Positions 11,318 through 25,800 of a stretch of 64,000 nucleotides of DNA are shown in pieces. The notes under the pieces were generated by a model that did no database searches, was not told where the DNA came from, and saw only the letters and a program-made list of their open reading frames with translations. The first letter of the stretch is position 1. Each line of letters opens with the position of its first letter. This DNA comes from Amoebophrya sp. A120. Taxonomy: Eukaryota; Protista; Dinoflagellata. The stretch is taken from NCBI GenBank assembly GCA_905178155.1, contig CAJINV010000020.1, positions 620,001 through 684,000 of the forward strand, in the 5' to 3' direction. Made by a program: the position numbers and the translations under genes.

Positions 11318-12800
11318 AAGTTTTTGAATTCCTACGAAATCCGGATGGGGTTCGGGCTGCACTTATCAAATGCCAAAATGTCTGGGTCTGGAAGATTCCG
11401 ACATCTGTCATGCTAGTCTGGCATGACTCTGAGCTCTGTATTGCGTGGCCGCAAAGAGCTCCTACTCCCTGTCATGCAAAAACGCAGTTTCTCATGCGGG
11501 ATACGGATACGCAACTCAGAACCATGAGAAAAGCTTGTCATGCTTGGCAGCGCATTACAGTGAGTGAGCTCACTATTCCCTTCCTTGCATCACAAGTTTC
11601 CAGACCCAGACATATTTGCATTTGATAGCACTGCGGGTGGGCGATCGAGGGCGCGATTGGGTCCGAGCACAAAATCGACGCGAGCTACCTGTCGCCGCAC
11701 GTGAACCTGTGTGCGAGACTGGAGACCGCGACGGATCAGTACGGGGTGGATATTTTGTTTTCCGAGCAATTCCACGATTTGCTCTCTTCCAAGGCGAAAG
11801 ACCGTTGTCGGAAATTAGATGTCATCATGGTCAAGGGGTCCAGCAAGGCCATCGGGATCTTCACGCTGGACTTGCACCACACGGCCTCGCAATCCGACAC
11901 TGGGGGCGGCGGCGTGTCCGGGAGCGCGGCGAGTACTGTGCTCGAGTTGCAGGCGCCGGAAGGGCACCAATGCGGAGAAGTGATCACGACGGGCGAGATT
12001 TCGAAGGAAAGCTTAGTCGGAAAGCTGGGAATTTTGTTCGATATGGACCAAGACTTGCTGCGGATGCAGGAGGGCATCACGCCGGAATTCCACACTTTGT
12101 GGAAACAAGCGTTCCACTTGTACATCAATGGCGCTTGGACGCCGGCGAAGGAGGCCCTGATGTATCAAATGCAAAAATGTCTGGGTCTGGAAGAATGCAA
12201 GTTTGTCATGCTTGTTTCGCATGACTCTTAAATCTGTCATGCACATCACCCAAGAGACCCATTTTTCTGTCATGCAGAAACGCAGTTCGTCATGCAGAAT
12301 AGGCAACACCTAGAAGCTCAGAAACTTGCCATGCTGAGCCAGCACTTGCGGCCTCCTCATGATACGCCACCCAGCATCACAAGTTTCCAGACCCAGACAC
12401 TTTTGCAGTTGATATGATGCGGGTCAACGCCATGCGGATGCAGCTCCAGCACCGAGCCGACGGGTATGGCGGTCTCAACTGTTACATTCTCAACTGTTAC
12501 ATGAATTTGTGATGCAAGAATGGCAACAGTCAATGGCGCAAGGTTGCTGCTTTCGCATCACAGCTTCGGCACAGATTTAGATGCTGTTTAGCCTCTCTGA
12601 GATTTGTCATGCGAAGCAGCTTGATCATCTCGCGGCTTAAGGTAGTCTTGCATGACAAATTTATTTGAGTATACGGTTGAGAATGTAACGTTTGAGAACT
12701 CCATAACGGGCCCAGTGAGTGCCTGCTGGCGTACATGCAACAGCTGGATTTTTGTCCGCCCGAGGATTGGCAGGGGTACCGGAAGCTGGAGTCGAAATAG
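11318..12800 (+). CDS. Class III adenylyl cyclase, C-terminal part (4 exons)
   Basis: Spliced MGFGLHCGWAIEGAIGSEHKIDASYLSPHVNLCARLE...DGPSECLLAYM..DWQGYRKLESK*, typical of alveolate adenylyl cyclases. Confidence 0.92.
11364..11627. mobile_element. Introner family A1
   Basis: TIR tatcaaatgc.aa.atgtctgggtctggaa; DR GCACT/GCACT; restores LHCGW. Confidence 0.95.
12163..12414. mobile_element. Introner family A1
   Basis: DR TGATG/TGATG; in-frame removal. Confidence 0.95.
12465..12705. mobile_element. Introner family B (opposite orientation to the other B copies)
   Basis: TIR tatgg.g.tctcaa..gttacattctcaac; DR ACGGG/ACGGG; restores DGPS. Confidence 0.95.
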
Positions 12801-13735
12801 TGAGAAGAGGAGCGGGAGGTGGCTTTCATGAAAAAGTCGATGACCTTCTATTCCTGAGCGGGCTTAACGTTTCCTCGCGAGGACAGAAATTCATTCTCAA
12901 GAGTTTTATTTTGCAATTTAAAGAACTGGATCGGGTTTTCGCTTTCGGGATTTTTGAGTGAACACAATTTAAGTAAACAAGCTAAGGCTGCAAAAGCCGC
13001 GGAGGACACATCTACTGGACAGAATAGTTGTATGAAGTTTTAACCGAAAGAGATGAAGAAAAGTTTACGAAAAAGTTCAAGTTGGTTCTCGGCACCTCCA
13101 TTACTACGCGGGGCGGAATACGGGCGAATAGGAAGCGACACAGGGGCTACATGAATTGAAGTAACGCTGCTGGTGTTGTCCACGTAAGCCTGAGCGAGAG
13201 CCGCTGTGATATTAGCAGTGAGTGAACAGGTGCACAGTCATTTTTTTCACAGTGGAATAAAGTCACGAAAGACAAAGAACTACGGCCCATGTAATCTCTC
13301 GTTGCTGTGCACGTGCACGACGAGCGTGCTGAGAAGTCGCCTTCACTTGGTGAGGCTGAGCAGAGGCATGTTGTTCGATCCCACCGGTCTCCATGAGGAA
13401 TCAGATCCACTGCTCTTAGCTTTTTTTTTTCGATGGATTTTTTGGGAAGTAGCGCATTGCCGGTGCGTATTTTTTTTGTTTGAAGATCAAGAAAGTGATC
13501 GACCTGTTGGGATTTTTTTTTGTAGTCTGCGCATGTCCCTTTCCTTTGACTGCTCGTCTTCTTTGTATTCTGTGGTTCCTCAGTCATTGCTTCGATCGAT
13601 AGTTTTGTCGTGCTGTAGTTCATCGTATGGCGTGGTAGCTTTATTGCAGCTTATTATTTCCAGCATCCAAGTAGACTGCTCAAAAATCGTCTTGCACCTT
13701 CATATACGTCAAAACTGCAACGAAAATAGAGCATC

Positions 13736-16700
13736 ATGGCAAAATCCAGATCTTCGAGAGCTTCACCGCGATCCGGTGGAAGCAAGCGGGGGGGAACTGC
13801 ACCCGCTGCTACTGTGCGTGCAGCTTCTCAGCGTCCGCCTGGAAGCGCGCGCAAGATGAGAAAGCAAGCAGAAAAGGCTGCAATGGCGGAGCAGGAAGAT
13901 GAAGATCATGAGCGTCGTTCTGCGTCTCCAGGCGCGATGAAACAACCTGTGACGACCGCCACGCCACACAAACGGCAAGTGCGAGGAGCAGGGGCGGCGA
14001 AGGCAAAAAATCTTCAAGCTCAACAAAATCAACAAGCAAAAGGAAGAGGATCTTCTACTGCATCCGCTTCGCACAACAATAAAGCAGCGGCCAGCCCGAC
14101 CGCGGTGCAGCAGCAGAATACGCTAAACGAGAAAGTTGATGGTTTGCTCGAAATATGCATTGCAAAAGTAACGTACTCGTATAAATGCATTACAAATTTC
14201 CTCAGCATGTGAAATAAAATTTGTAATGCAGATTTGCCTTGGAAACAAGATTTGTAATGCAAGACTTGCATTTGTACGAGTGCGATACTTTTGCACAGGA
14301 TACGAAAAAACCGAGCTGCTGCTCGACCAACTCTCCACGCCTGGCCAAGAAAAGCGGCAGCTAGCCGGAGTAGAGTCTGTAATGCTGAATCCAGGGGGCG
14401 CTGGGGACCACGGGGATCACCAGGCTGCGGCAGAAGTTCTTGCGCCGACCGAGAGCTGCAACGAGTGGGCGCCGCTGCCATCGTTTCCTAGCTACGAAGG
14501 TACTGAAAGTGAGTTGTGATTTGGATCATGTGGACAATGAAGATGGTTCAGTGTGCTGCGAGCGACGTAAGTAAGTACTTAGTTACTTGTACTCGGCTTG
14601 TTTTGCTGCAGTCTGTCACTTCAGGTTCGTTCAGATCTGACAGCATTATAATAAATCGTTCCAGTAAATTTTCACTACATGATCAGTTTCAAGCTCAACG
14701 GCGGACGCTGTGTACCAGCGGTTGCAGGCGCTGGAAGCCAAAGTCGAGGACCTGCAGTCAGAGCTGACGGTGAAGAGGCAATCCGTTTCTGTGTCCGTTG
14801 GCGCGGATCAACAGTCGTGCGCTGCTGATCTAGTACAACAATTACCGGGACCTCGTGGTGCACAGTCCTTCTCCTCTGATACAGCAGCGCTCGAAGTGCA
14901 CCATGCTGCACCGCTTTCAGGAGTAGGAGGAGGTGCACGACCAGGTACAACTTCGTTGACCAGTGGGGATGAACAACTGCAAGGCCGTGAAGGTACCCCT
15001 CAAATATTCGAAAGCAAAGTGGACGACATGCTGCGTCGGATTACCTCGAATAGCACAGCAGATCATGTTGGAAGGAACTCTCGCTCTTCCTCGACTTGTA
15101 GAACCAGGTTCGGCGCCTTAAACCTGCAGAAAAATGCGACTTCGGAAACACCAAATCGTTCCACCTTGTCGAGCACCAGATATAATAATGCTGCTCGGGG
15201 TTCCAGTTCCTCGACCGTTGGCTTTCTGGCAGGTGATAACTTTTTGTCTACAACTTCTTCCCAGCAGAGGACTACAGCAGCCAACGGAGCGGTAAACATC
15301 GTGCCAGACCTGGTTTTGATGGGTCCAACTACGACGACCCATTGCAGTTCCGTGCTCCAGTCCTCCGGGCCAGCACCTGCAAGGACTACACCAGGAGCTC
15401 CTCCACGACAAGACGCGACATCGACTTCTACTTCTGCGTCGGCGAAGAAGAATAGGCAAGGCGAAGGCGTAGCATCAACTACATCTGTAGTTCTTGGGGC
15501 GGGAAAAAAAGCTGGATTTCCGCGGTTTCAGCCTGTGACCACAGGCGGAGCCGAGTCTAGTGGTGGGAGAAAAGCTGCAGGACAACCCTTGCTGGGCGAT
15601 GAGGACAATTTCGAGATTTTTGAAGATCCGACCGCAGGTGCCGTTGGGACTTGTGCGGAGAAAACTGGGATAAACAAAGCGTCTGTGGACCAGCACCAAC
15701 CTCCGTCGATCTCGGAAAAGGGTCTAGAGCAGCTTCCTAGTGCAACTCCAGGCGGGACGACCGCGGCCGCGGGTACCAGTAGCTCCTTTCGTTGGATGAA
15801 ACCTGGCTCTATGGTCGATGAGAAGCAAGTGCTCAAGACCCGCGACACCAAGAATGTATCCTCTCAGGCGAATCATGCGGGAACACTGAACCACTTGCTC
15901 CCGCCGCAACCGCCATCTCAACATCAGCAACTCACGAGTGCTAATTTAGCAGCCACGTTTCCCACCTTGCTACAGACGCCGAACACAGGAAATGTGTTGG
16001 GTAGTTCCGGTGGCGGCGTGGTTGGTTATCGCAACCCAATGCTGTTTCCCGGTAGTACGACAGGAGGTGTACCTGGGGCTTTTCCGATTCTGTCAGCCGT
16101 TTCACCATGCGTTTCGGCTGCTGGCGATTCCGATAGCCACAAGTCACCGCTTTTTGGGGTTTTCCCGCAAACTACGACGAGTGCAATGCTTGTGTCCACG
16201 AAGACCGGAGCTGAAGCAAATGCAGTTGCGAAGGGCAAAAATGCATCAGGAGTACAAGCAGCATCGAAGAGTGTAGCGAATAAAACGAAGCCGACCAGCA
16301 AGCAGCTGGTCCAATCGCAACCATCTACGGGCGGGGGCAGGACCACAACCACAGCCACAGGAACACTACGCTCTGCGGCGCAAGCTCCAGCTGCTGATGC
16401 ACCGATAATCAACATCAACCAGGAGCACCAGGGACGACGAGGAGGCCAAAGTTGTCAACAGCAGCATGTGCATGGCCCCCGAAGTTCTTGTGCCACCACC
16501 ACGACAAGCGTAGTTACTGGTGAGCGCTACTCTCCCCGAGGAAAGCTGCAGAAATCCATGAAAAGCACACCGAGTACGACAAGCCGAGGTCCGCCGGCGA
16601 TGGCGTCGCATCAAGCGAAGGTCACGACGACCTATGGCGGCAAAAAGGAACAAATAGCCACTGCTTCGTCCCTGCTCGAGCCATTTCCGAACCAACCTTA

Positions 16701-18835
16701 TTGTTATTCCATAGGAGGAAGTAGATTTACACTGCACCACGACAACCACCACGAACAACGGCAGCCAGCGTTTCGTTTTGAATTCAGGTCCGATTATGCT
16801 GCATCAGATCTACTTCCCGAAGAACAGCAGCAACACGCGTCGGCACCGGCAGTCGAGACACCTGGTGCACTACTCTCTGTCCCCTTTCCAGGAAATAGCA
16901 CGGACACGGTCGCTGTGAAGATGCCATCAACGACCGCTGAGACTGCACAGACCACTTCCACATCTTCCTCCAGCCCGGCCAAGCAATTCATTCAAGCGGG
17001 AAACACGCCGGCGGGGTCGTTCAACGATCATTCGGCAGATGAGGAGCAGAAAATAACTAGCCAGCCACCACAGTTTGTGATGAACAGCAGCACTATTCCG
17101 GGGGAGGTGGATGTACCTCCATCACGAGCAGCAATTTCTTCTTCAAACACTGTGAAAAATATAATCACAAATCGGCACGTGGTTCCATTTTCCGAGCGAG
17201 ATGTCGGTAGCCAGCTTTATGTGCGCAACCTGGGCCTCGTTCACACGGCGACGACGCGTGACGGCTCTCCACTGTTGCGCAGCCGAGAAGGGAGCCCGCA
17301 CAGTTATCAGCACCACGCGCTGCTGAGACACCACGCGCCGGTCGTTAGCAGCAGGAGCAAGGTTCTCGACGTAGCAGCTGCTTCGCCTGGTGTTCGTTCG
17401 CCCTCCCCGGTAAACCATGGCGGGGCCGTTGTACGGCGAGCGATTCTTGGTGATGGTACCAAAACAGCGGAGAACCAACATGCAGAGGCGCATCTGCTAA
17501 CTCCGCGCACTGGACCGCCGGCGGTTCCGTGTCCCAGTCCGAAGCCGATTCGTACACAAGCTTCCCGCTTTTCCCCGCGGTGTCGGTCGCGGTCGAGAGG
17601 TGGTGCAGCGGGGCGAGACAGTCCTGCCAGACGCGAGCTGCAAGGTGGTGGTGCCGGTCGTGCGGTCTTTGTGGAAGGGCCGGAGCAAGGAGAACCACGC
17701 CGGAAGAGCAGCAGGAAGGAAAATAGATTCACACCCGTTGTGACTGCTGGGGGCCGCGTCGATGTCGAAGGACAAGGAGCGAACGCAGAACTGACTACAC
17801 CAAGGGCCAGTGGCAGGATGGCTCCTGCACAGGTTTTTGATACCCAACTACCAGTATTATTGCAAAGGCGGCCTGCGTACTTATTGGGCTCATGCATGTT
17901 GGTGTGTCTGGGTCTGGACGAGTCACTGATCATGTCGATGTTGTTTTATGAATGTCATAAATCCCTTTTTTCAGGTGGTCATCTCCCGAGCTTCTCAGCA
18001 GCAGCTTTCCGCTAGGAAGACAACAAGTTCTTCATCTTCCCATACCAAACCAGCGACAGGAAATAAAACCTCGACCACCCAAAGTCTTTCCTCCATGACG
18101 TCTCGATCTCCTTTCAAGCCGGTCGCACGAGCGGCCCATGGCAGTTGTGCGCCCGATAAAGAGCCAGCAGCTTCGATCGTCTTGGTATCAGCAAGGCACT
18201 ACTCGGGGAAAAACAAACACTCTGATGAATCGCGCGACCACAGTCCTGCTTCGCCCCGCGAGTTTTACGGTACGATTACGACACGAAAAAAGCAAAAAGT
18301 ACAGCGGAAGAATATACAAGACGTCGGCAACGGGAGCAGAAGTGAGACCGAGTTTCAACCGGAGAAAGAACAGGCTGCTGCAGTTGTCTATGCTGTTGAA
18401 AGCCACTACAACAACCAGGACCCGCACGACCCACAGGGAATGAATTATGAGGAGTACCATAGGACTTCCGCTTCTGCTTCAGGGACTGTTTCTGCACGCA
18501 ATGAGCACGCTGGGGGATCTTTGGGACAACATGCTGCTAGTTCCTTGGAAGGGACGCAAATCCAGCAAGAGAAGAAACCAACAGTGATTCAGTACCACTA
18601 CAAAACGCCGACGATAAACATTCCGGGGAAGAACGCATCAGTCCGGACCACGACACACAACAACTGGGCAGCTGCGCAACAACCTGCTCAGATTCAAGCA
18701 CCATCGTCTGGTGTTCCCTTCTACCGAACGCCGCTCGTTGCCAAGCCCCTCTTCGACGTCGTACAACGGACCGGGATGACTACAAATGGACCGCTTGCTG
18801 GACACAGAGACAAACACGTAGTGACGTACAGGTAA
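13736..18835 (+). CDS. Large S/T/Q-rich low-complexity protein with a short coiled coil, unknown function
   Basis: ORFs joined by introner 14154-14302 and GT-AG introns ~14500-14686 and 17833-17974. Confidence 0.75.
14154..14302. mobile_element. Introner family C
   Basis: tatgcattgcaaaagta..cgatacttttgcacaggata; DR CGAAA/CGAAA. Confidence 0.95.
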
Positions 18836-19802
18836 CTTTTATACAAAAAATTGATGAACAATGGAACAAATATTTCACGTAGTAGAACGACTTTTATCTT
18901 CTTTTCTTTAGAACGGCATACAGATCAACATCACATACTCATACATGAGTTTTTCAGGAAAGTACTTAAATCCGAAATCTAGTTTCTGTGTTGAGTGCGT
19001 GGTGCTTCTTGCTGCATACGTTAATTATGAGCGCATGGACTTCCTAATTGCTCATCTTGTATAATTTGGTAATCCGCAAACGCACTCTGCGAATTTGGGA
19101 TTGGGACGATGTCGAACCGCCCTGTATAATCAGCATTGAGGAGAATCAAAATTTGATGAATTTATTGAGGCCGCAATTAATGGACAGATCCAGATGTTTA
19201 ATGGTCGTCAGGAATGATCGCAGACGCATTTCTTTTGTATGAAAAGGTGAAACAACTCATCTTTTTTACGATTGCATACAGTGTCCGCAGCTCTTCGGTT
19301 TATGTATATGTTTCTGATTGCAGCTTTTCGGTTCTGCTTGAAAGTCCTCCAATGTCGGTTCACAAGTCGTGTCAATCTCAGTTCTAGTTGTTCTCGGTTC
19401 GTATGCTAAAAAAAAAATGAAATGATGTCGGTGTATATTTGCACTTTCCGAGCATCTTCTTTCTATCGTCATGACCAGTGTCGGTGTTGCAGCCAGCAGA
19501 ATCAGAAGTCGATCGGTCTCTCACCGTCCGAACTCAATGTTTTAGTTCGTGTGTTTCACGCTTTTTGTTGTCGTTTCCTCTCAGGTGATTCAAGTTACAA
19601 CTCAAACGCACTAAACACCAGTCTTATTATTTTCCATTGATTCTCGAATTTCGATAGGCGACCCCATCGCCGTGACTCACTAAGCTTACACCCATCAACA
19701 TCAAGACAAAAAAAATATGAATTCCCAAATAACATCATTTCCAACTACATCTAAACCAATCCTATTTCTTCGCCAAGAAGAACACAAGAACGAACTGCAA
19801 CC

Positions 19803-22800
19803 ATGAGCTGGCTTTTCGGGTTTGCGGACTCCGCCACGGCCGCGGAGCCGGCCCCCATCTCCCGGCTCCGGCGCACAAAGCTCGACGTGGAGTTTGGGAT
19901 TGAATGCGACTACCTGGTCGTTGGCGCCGGTCTGACCGGTCTTGCCTTCGCTGATGAGCTCGCGACGCTGAACCCCCGCGCGAAGATCGTCATTGCCGAC
20001 CCGAACCCCGAGCCGGGTGGCGCGTGGGTGAACGCGTACGATTTCGTGCGCCTGACCTGTCCCCGCGAGGACTATGGGGTGAACAGTCTGCCCTTCAACG
20101 CCGTCACGAATTTCGACGCGAAAATCGACGCGGGAACCGGACAACCGAAAATGTCGACTACGAGCGGGAGTGCAGCAGCAGAATCTGCTGTGCAAGCAAA
20201 ACCGGAGGAGCGCGCCAGCAAGCGCGAGGTGCTGCGGTACTGCCGGTCCGTGGCCAAGCGGCTGGAGCGAAAGGGAAATGTCCGGTTTTTCTTCCAGGCC
20301 GGCTACAAGGGCGCCTTCACAGCGGGAACATCAACGCCGGCGGAGATTTTTCATTTGGTGGAAATCAAAATCGAGGGCGAGCGGGTTATTTTCGACGAAG
20401 GCTTGGGTGGATCTTCAGCCGGTGAAACAAGCTTGTATCGAACGCAGCCGAAGGTTCTGCACCTCGACGAAACCACCGGGAAACCGGTGCCGGAAGTGTC
20501 CACCACGCGGTCCTTTTTGATGGCGCGCGTGAAGTTTCAGGTGGTGGACGCCACAGGGGACATGTTGGCGGCCCGGACCGGGCAGCTGCACGGGGGCATC
20601 GTGGGGGTTCGCGTGTCCCCCGACCACTACGACGTGAAGTTGTTACCGCCCAAGCAGTATGGGTTGCAAAAATGTCTTGATCTGGAAGATTGCAACTTGT
20701 ATTGTAATGCTGTCTTTGGATTCCAAAAAAATCTGTATTGCGTGACCAGCAACAGGACTCCAGTGCGTGTTACGTGGAGAGGGCATTTCCCATGCGGAAT
20801 AGGCATCAGGAAGCCCTCCAAAAATCTGTGATGCTGAGGCATGCATTGCAGGCATCATGGATCATACAAAATACGCATGACAAACCTGGTAATGTTCCAG
20901 ACCCAGACAGCAGTTTTGCATTTGATAAGCAGTTCGCGTGGTTGACGACCAACGCGCTGCGCGGAAACGACCCGTTGACCGAGCGTGAACCGCACCGCCA
21001 GGACTACGCGGAACGGAAGAGGAAAACCGGATTTCAGCACTTGGCGCACCGGATTGTCGTGCAGTACGACCAGAACCAGAAGGGCGGCGCTGGCGGACGA
21101 GCAGGTCGCGGCTCTCATGCGATGAACAAGAAGAAGTCGCCCAATTCATCTGGAGCAGGATCTACTTCGTTGGTTGTACCGGCTGGTGCAAGAAGTAGAG
21201 CTGGTGCTCCCGGAGTAAACTCCCTGGTCTTGACATCTTCCAGTTCAGATTTGACCAGTGCAGGAGGTGGAGAGGACAACAACTCCACGACTTCCGGAAG
21301 TGACGGTGGAGGAGCTTCTCCTGGAGGTCTCACTGCCCGCGCTCAGAACGCAGCCGCGACTGCGACCCGCGGAAATGAGATGAACCACGAGGAGGACTTC
21401 GAGGACGAGACAGCCTACACGTCGCAGAAACAACAACTTTTTGAAAACACGAGGTGGAATGAGCGGGAACTTCTTGAACACAACAGCGAGATGAACCATG
21501 ATATGGATTTCTACGACGAGCAAAATTACGACGGGAATGCGTACGATGCGGATCTGCAAAACCTGATCGACTACGAGGCCTCCGAAACCAGCGACCTGAG
21601 TCCCGCACTAGTACAACATCATCATAACTTCGAAGCTGTCACGCACAACTCGTTACAGGTAGAAACCACGAGTAGCGAGGTGGAGGCGGTGCAGCATCAG
21701 GATCAGCAAGAACGCACTGGTACTCTGGTGAACACCGGCACGACGACCGGGACAGCCGGCGAGTCGAATACAACGTTTGAAGATGCTGGAGCTAAGATGA
21801 GGCCCATGATCTTCAGTACAGAAGACCGGATGTTGCGCAAAGATTCGCAACCCGCGCTTGCAGCTCCACACCAAGAAACTACAAGCATTCCGCGTACGGT
21901 AAGCGCGTTGCGCAACGCCTCGTCGATATCCCCCAGAAAAAGACCGACAGGTCATATTTGTAATGCAAAAATAAATAGACAAAAAAATCTGTATTGCATG
22001 CCCTAAACAGGATGTTATGGCCTCGCCCATGACAGATTTTCCTGTGTATTTATTTTTGCATTACAAATATGACCTGTCGGTCTTTTTCTGTGGGATAGTC
22101 GACCATGTCGCCAAAGAACATTTTTGCGCTGCACGACGGCGTATCCTGTGCAAAAGTATCGTACTCGTAGTAATTGCAAACATGCATTACAAATCTTGTT
22201 CGCAAGCTAAATCCGCATTACAAATTTTATTTCTCATTCTGAGGAAATTTGTATTGCAATTATACGAATACGATACTTTTGCAATGCATACGGCGCCGCA
22301 ACGCCCGGGGGCAACAAAGATTTCCGAACGTCGGGAAAGGATACCTTGGTGAAAACCACATCGGATCTCTTCCGGGGCACAAATTATACTAACCGAAGCG
22401 CAGGTGTTTCTACTTCTCCTGCAAGCGTCAATACTGCCACGGCCACCGCTAGTGCAGCTGCTCCCTCTCGCCCAGTGTTCGCGCTGCCGAACCCGCAGCC
22501 GCAAGAGCGCGACCGCCCCCCAAGGGGGCGGCAGACGGAGACACTGTTGAGTGGCGCGGAGGATTCGAATGCAACTGGGGGGTACGACCCCCTTCAGAAA
22601 TTTGTTAACCCGGGCGGGAGGAGTAGTGCTGCTGCTATGTCTAACTCTAGTCCACCTGGTGCAGCAGCAGGTTTCAGGCCAACATCATCTGTGTTCAATG
22701 CCACTGCGCAAAATTACCGCCCAGAATCGTCTACTTCGTTCGGCGCTGTAGTTACTACACAACGGCACCAAGGCGCGTTCCACAAAAATCACCCAACCCC

Positions 22801-25800
22801 CACGGTGCAGGCAAATTCAATTCCGCCGAAGAAGCAGCCGCTGACGACGCTGAGTGACTTTCTGCAACCGGCACTGCAGGGCCAAACGGGAACGGTTGCG
22901 GAGAAAATCGGATCGCCCAAGCCGCCGCCGCGACAGTATCTCTCGGCACTGGAGTCCCTACCGGGCTTCATGACGACGCTACCCGACGTCCTTTCTTCGT
23001 CCAGCAGTGAGGACGAGGAAATACTAAACGCTACTAGTGCTGACAATAAACACAAATCCGACGCGGACCGACGCTCCACCACCGACGGGGGTAACAACAC
23101 GACGACTTCTGCGGCGGAGGAAAATTCCTCGAAAGACACAGGAAAAATGTCAAACGAAAAGAACAAAAAGACGCGACGTGGTGGGACCACGATCGGTGGT
23201 ACTACAACTACATCAACGGCGAACACCAAGAAATCGAAACTTGTGATGCTGCACGACCAAGTGTGGACGTCGAAATCCCTGGAAGACGCCCTGGTCGCTC
23301 CGCCGACGGACAACGCCGCTAGTTACATCGTGATTGGGGGCGGGCAAACCGGGGTGGACTGCATTTCGGATCTGATCCTCCGGAAAAACGTGGATCCGGA
23401 CCAAATAACCTGGATTCTGCTCCCGAACGTCAATTACCGCATCGACTTGTTTGACAAGGTTGCCCGAGCGGCGGGCATGTTTATGCGCGGGCAATCTGCG
23501 ATGGATCTTCTCGACGAGGAAAAGAACAAAAACAACGACGCCACTGGAGGTCAAAAGCAGCAGCAGCGTCGCGAGCTGGGAAAGACGACCACTTCGTCCC
23601 CAAACTTACCGACCACGACGATCACGGCTGTTCTCACGAAGCCGGAGATGCGGGCGTGCAAGCAAGTGCACCAGATCCTGTACGGAAAGCCGACCCGGTT
23701 TGTGGACAAGGCGGGCGAGGCGAATTCCGTCGTGGAGATCCACTTCGAAAGCGGCCGCGCCGTGGAGTTGTCCCACGACGGGCGCGTGCTGGTGTTGGAC
23801 TGCGCCTCTTCCGTGCACGACCGGGCGACGGCCGCCAGCCTGGAGATCGAGCGCGACGGCGCATTATCCTGTGCAAAAGTATCGTACTCGTACTAATTGC
23901 AAATATGCATGACAAATTTTCTTCCTAAGGTAAAACAGCATTACAAATTCCACTTCTCTTCGTGCCAAAATTTGTAATGCAATTTATACTAGTACGATAC
24001 TTTTGCAATGCATGCGCATCGGTGGAACGGGTGTGGACCACCGCACCGGTGCTGCATCACGCGATTGAGGGCGCAGGATCATCTTTTTCGGGGGGCAACA
24101 TTTTGTCGGGAAGAACAAATAACGAAACATCTGCTGTGGCCTCGAAAAAACCTCCCGCAGCTACTGCTTCTTACTTTCCCTTCAGCTTGCTGACATCCGT
24201 GCCTGAAAATGAGGACGAGGAGCATCAGCCTGACGAGGAGAACCAGAACCAGTCCAACACTAGTTCCTCGTCTCTGAATTCCGGGAATCCGGAGTACCAA
24301 TTCTCCAACGCGAAATACATCAATCTCCGGTCCCTCACCCACGTTGCGCCGCTGAACCAGCACTGTTTCCTGGCTACCGTGATCGCGTTTCTCGATATGA
24401 CAGTGCACAACTCCCCCTCTCCCTCATTTGTCATGCAAAATCCCAAATCCAGTCGCTTCCCTGTCCCTGTGGCACTGTTTGCATGACAAATTTTGAAAGC
24501 CCAAACAGTACTGCAGTAGGCACATAAATTTGTCATGCACAGGCTCCAGGGTCGCTGGTGTTTGTATTGCTGTTCATGCAATACAAATGAGGGGGGGCTG
24601 GAGTTATGCACTGTCATACCCGAAACGGGGCTCCAGGACCACGACTTCCAAACCGCCTGGGAAATTCTGCACGACGAAATTTCCCTGTCCGCCGCCGAGG
24701 CGCACCAGGGCCTGGACGCGGAGGAACGTACACAACGCAAGTTCCGCGGCCCCTGGAGCGTGTGGGAGCGCCGGGTGCTGCACTACCTGCACAAATCGGT
24801 ATTGGAGAAGGCGATTTTCCCTGGAGAACAAAACCAGCGGCCCCCGACGGTCGCGGAGGTATTTGTGTTGCAGGCGAACGTGCGGAACATGCTGGTTTTG
24901 CCGTTTCTCGTGGTATCAATTGCAAATATGTCTGGGTCTGGAAGGTGGAAACTTGTCATGGTAAATCTGAAGCATGCAAAAATCTGTGTTGCATGAGTGC
25001 CAAAAGCTGTCCACTTTTGACCAAGGTGGAAGGGAGTTTCTCACGCAGGATAGGCATGGCAGAGACCTCGCAGAGTCTGTCATGCTAAGTCCCGCATTCC
25101 AGACCCCATGGGTCATGGAAAATCTTCATGACAAGATTACACTTTTCCAGACCCAGACACTTTTGCACTACTTGATACGTGGTAGGAGATGACAACGCGT
25201 TTTACCAGCACAAAAGCTCCATGTCGGCTCCTCGCGGCGGAGGTGGTTTTCTTGGGCGGTCTGGAGCAACGTCTTCCAATGCCTCCGCAACAAGCAGCCA
25301 CAACAAATTGCGATCCGGACTCTTCAACACGAAACTGCAGACCCACGGCGCCGCGTCCAACAACCTCGGGTCGAATTTGCTGGACCCGCTGTGTCACACG
25401 CCGGCCTTTCGCGTCATCGCGGCGTTGACGCACTACTTGCCGGTCGAGGTCTTCAACAATTGGGTGAAGTCGAAAAACTATCACAGTTTGACGTCGGAAC
25501 ATCAGCGGGGGGAGGATGCTGAAAGAAATGCGGGTGCCTCTCTTACAACGGTGCCTGGAGCAGCGAGCTCTCCCTTTGCCCCTCCGGCGCGCACTAAAAC
25601 CGCGCCGAAAAAACCCGGCCAGAAGCTGCCGAAGCGGTTGTTTCCCCTCCACCGGCCGGCGCTGATGGAGCGGGTGGCAGGACATATCCTGAGTAAAAAC
25701 GTCCCCACACCAGAGTCAGGATGTGGATGGGGATTTTGCAACACAAACCTAGGAGCTTTGTGAGTCACGCATGACAAGTTGCACTCCGCAGTGTAGTGCA

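Noticed and set aside
12203-12280. TTTGTCATGCA resembles the Sox-Oct composite site
   Set aside because: POU factors are animal-specific; only the HMG half-site resemblance was kept, as a hypothesis
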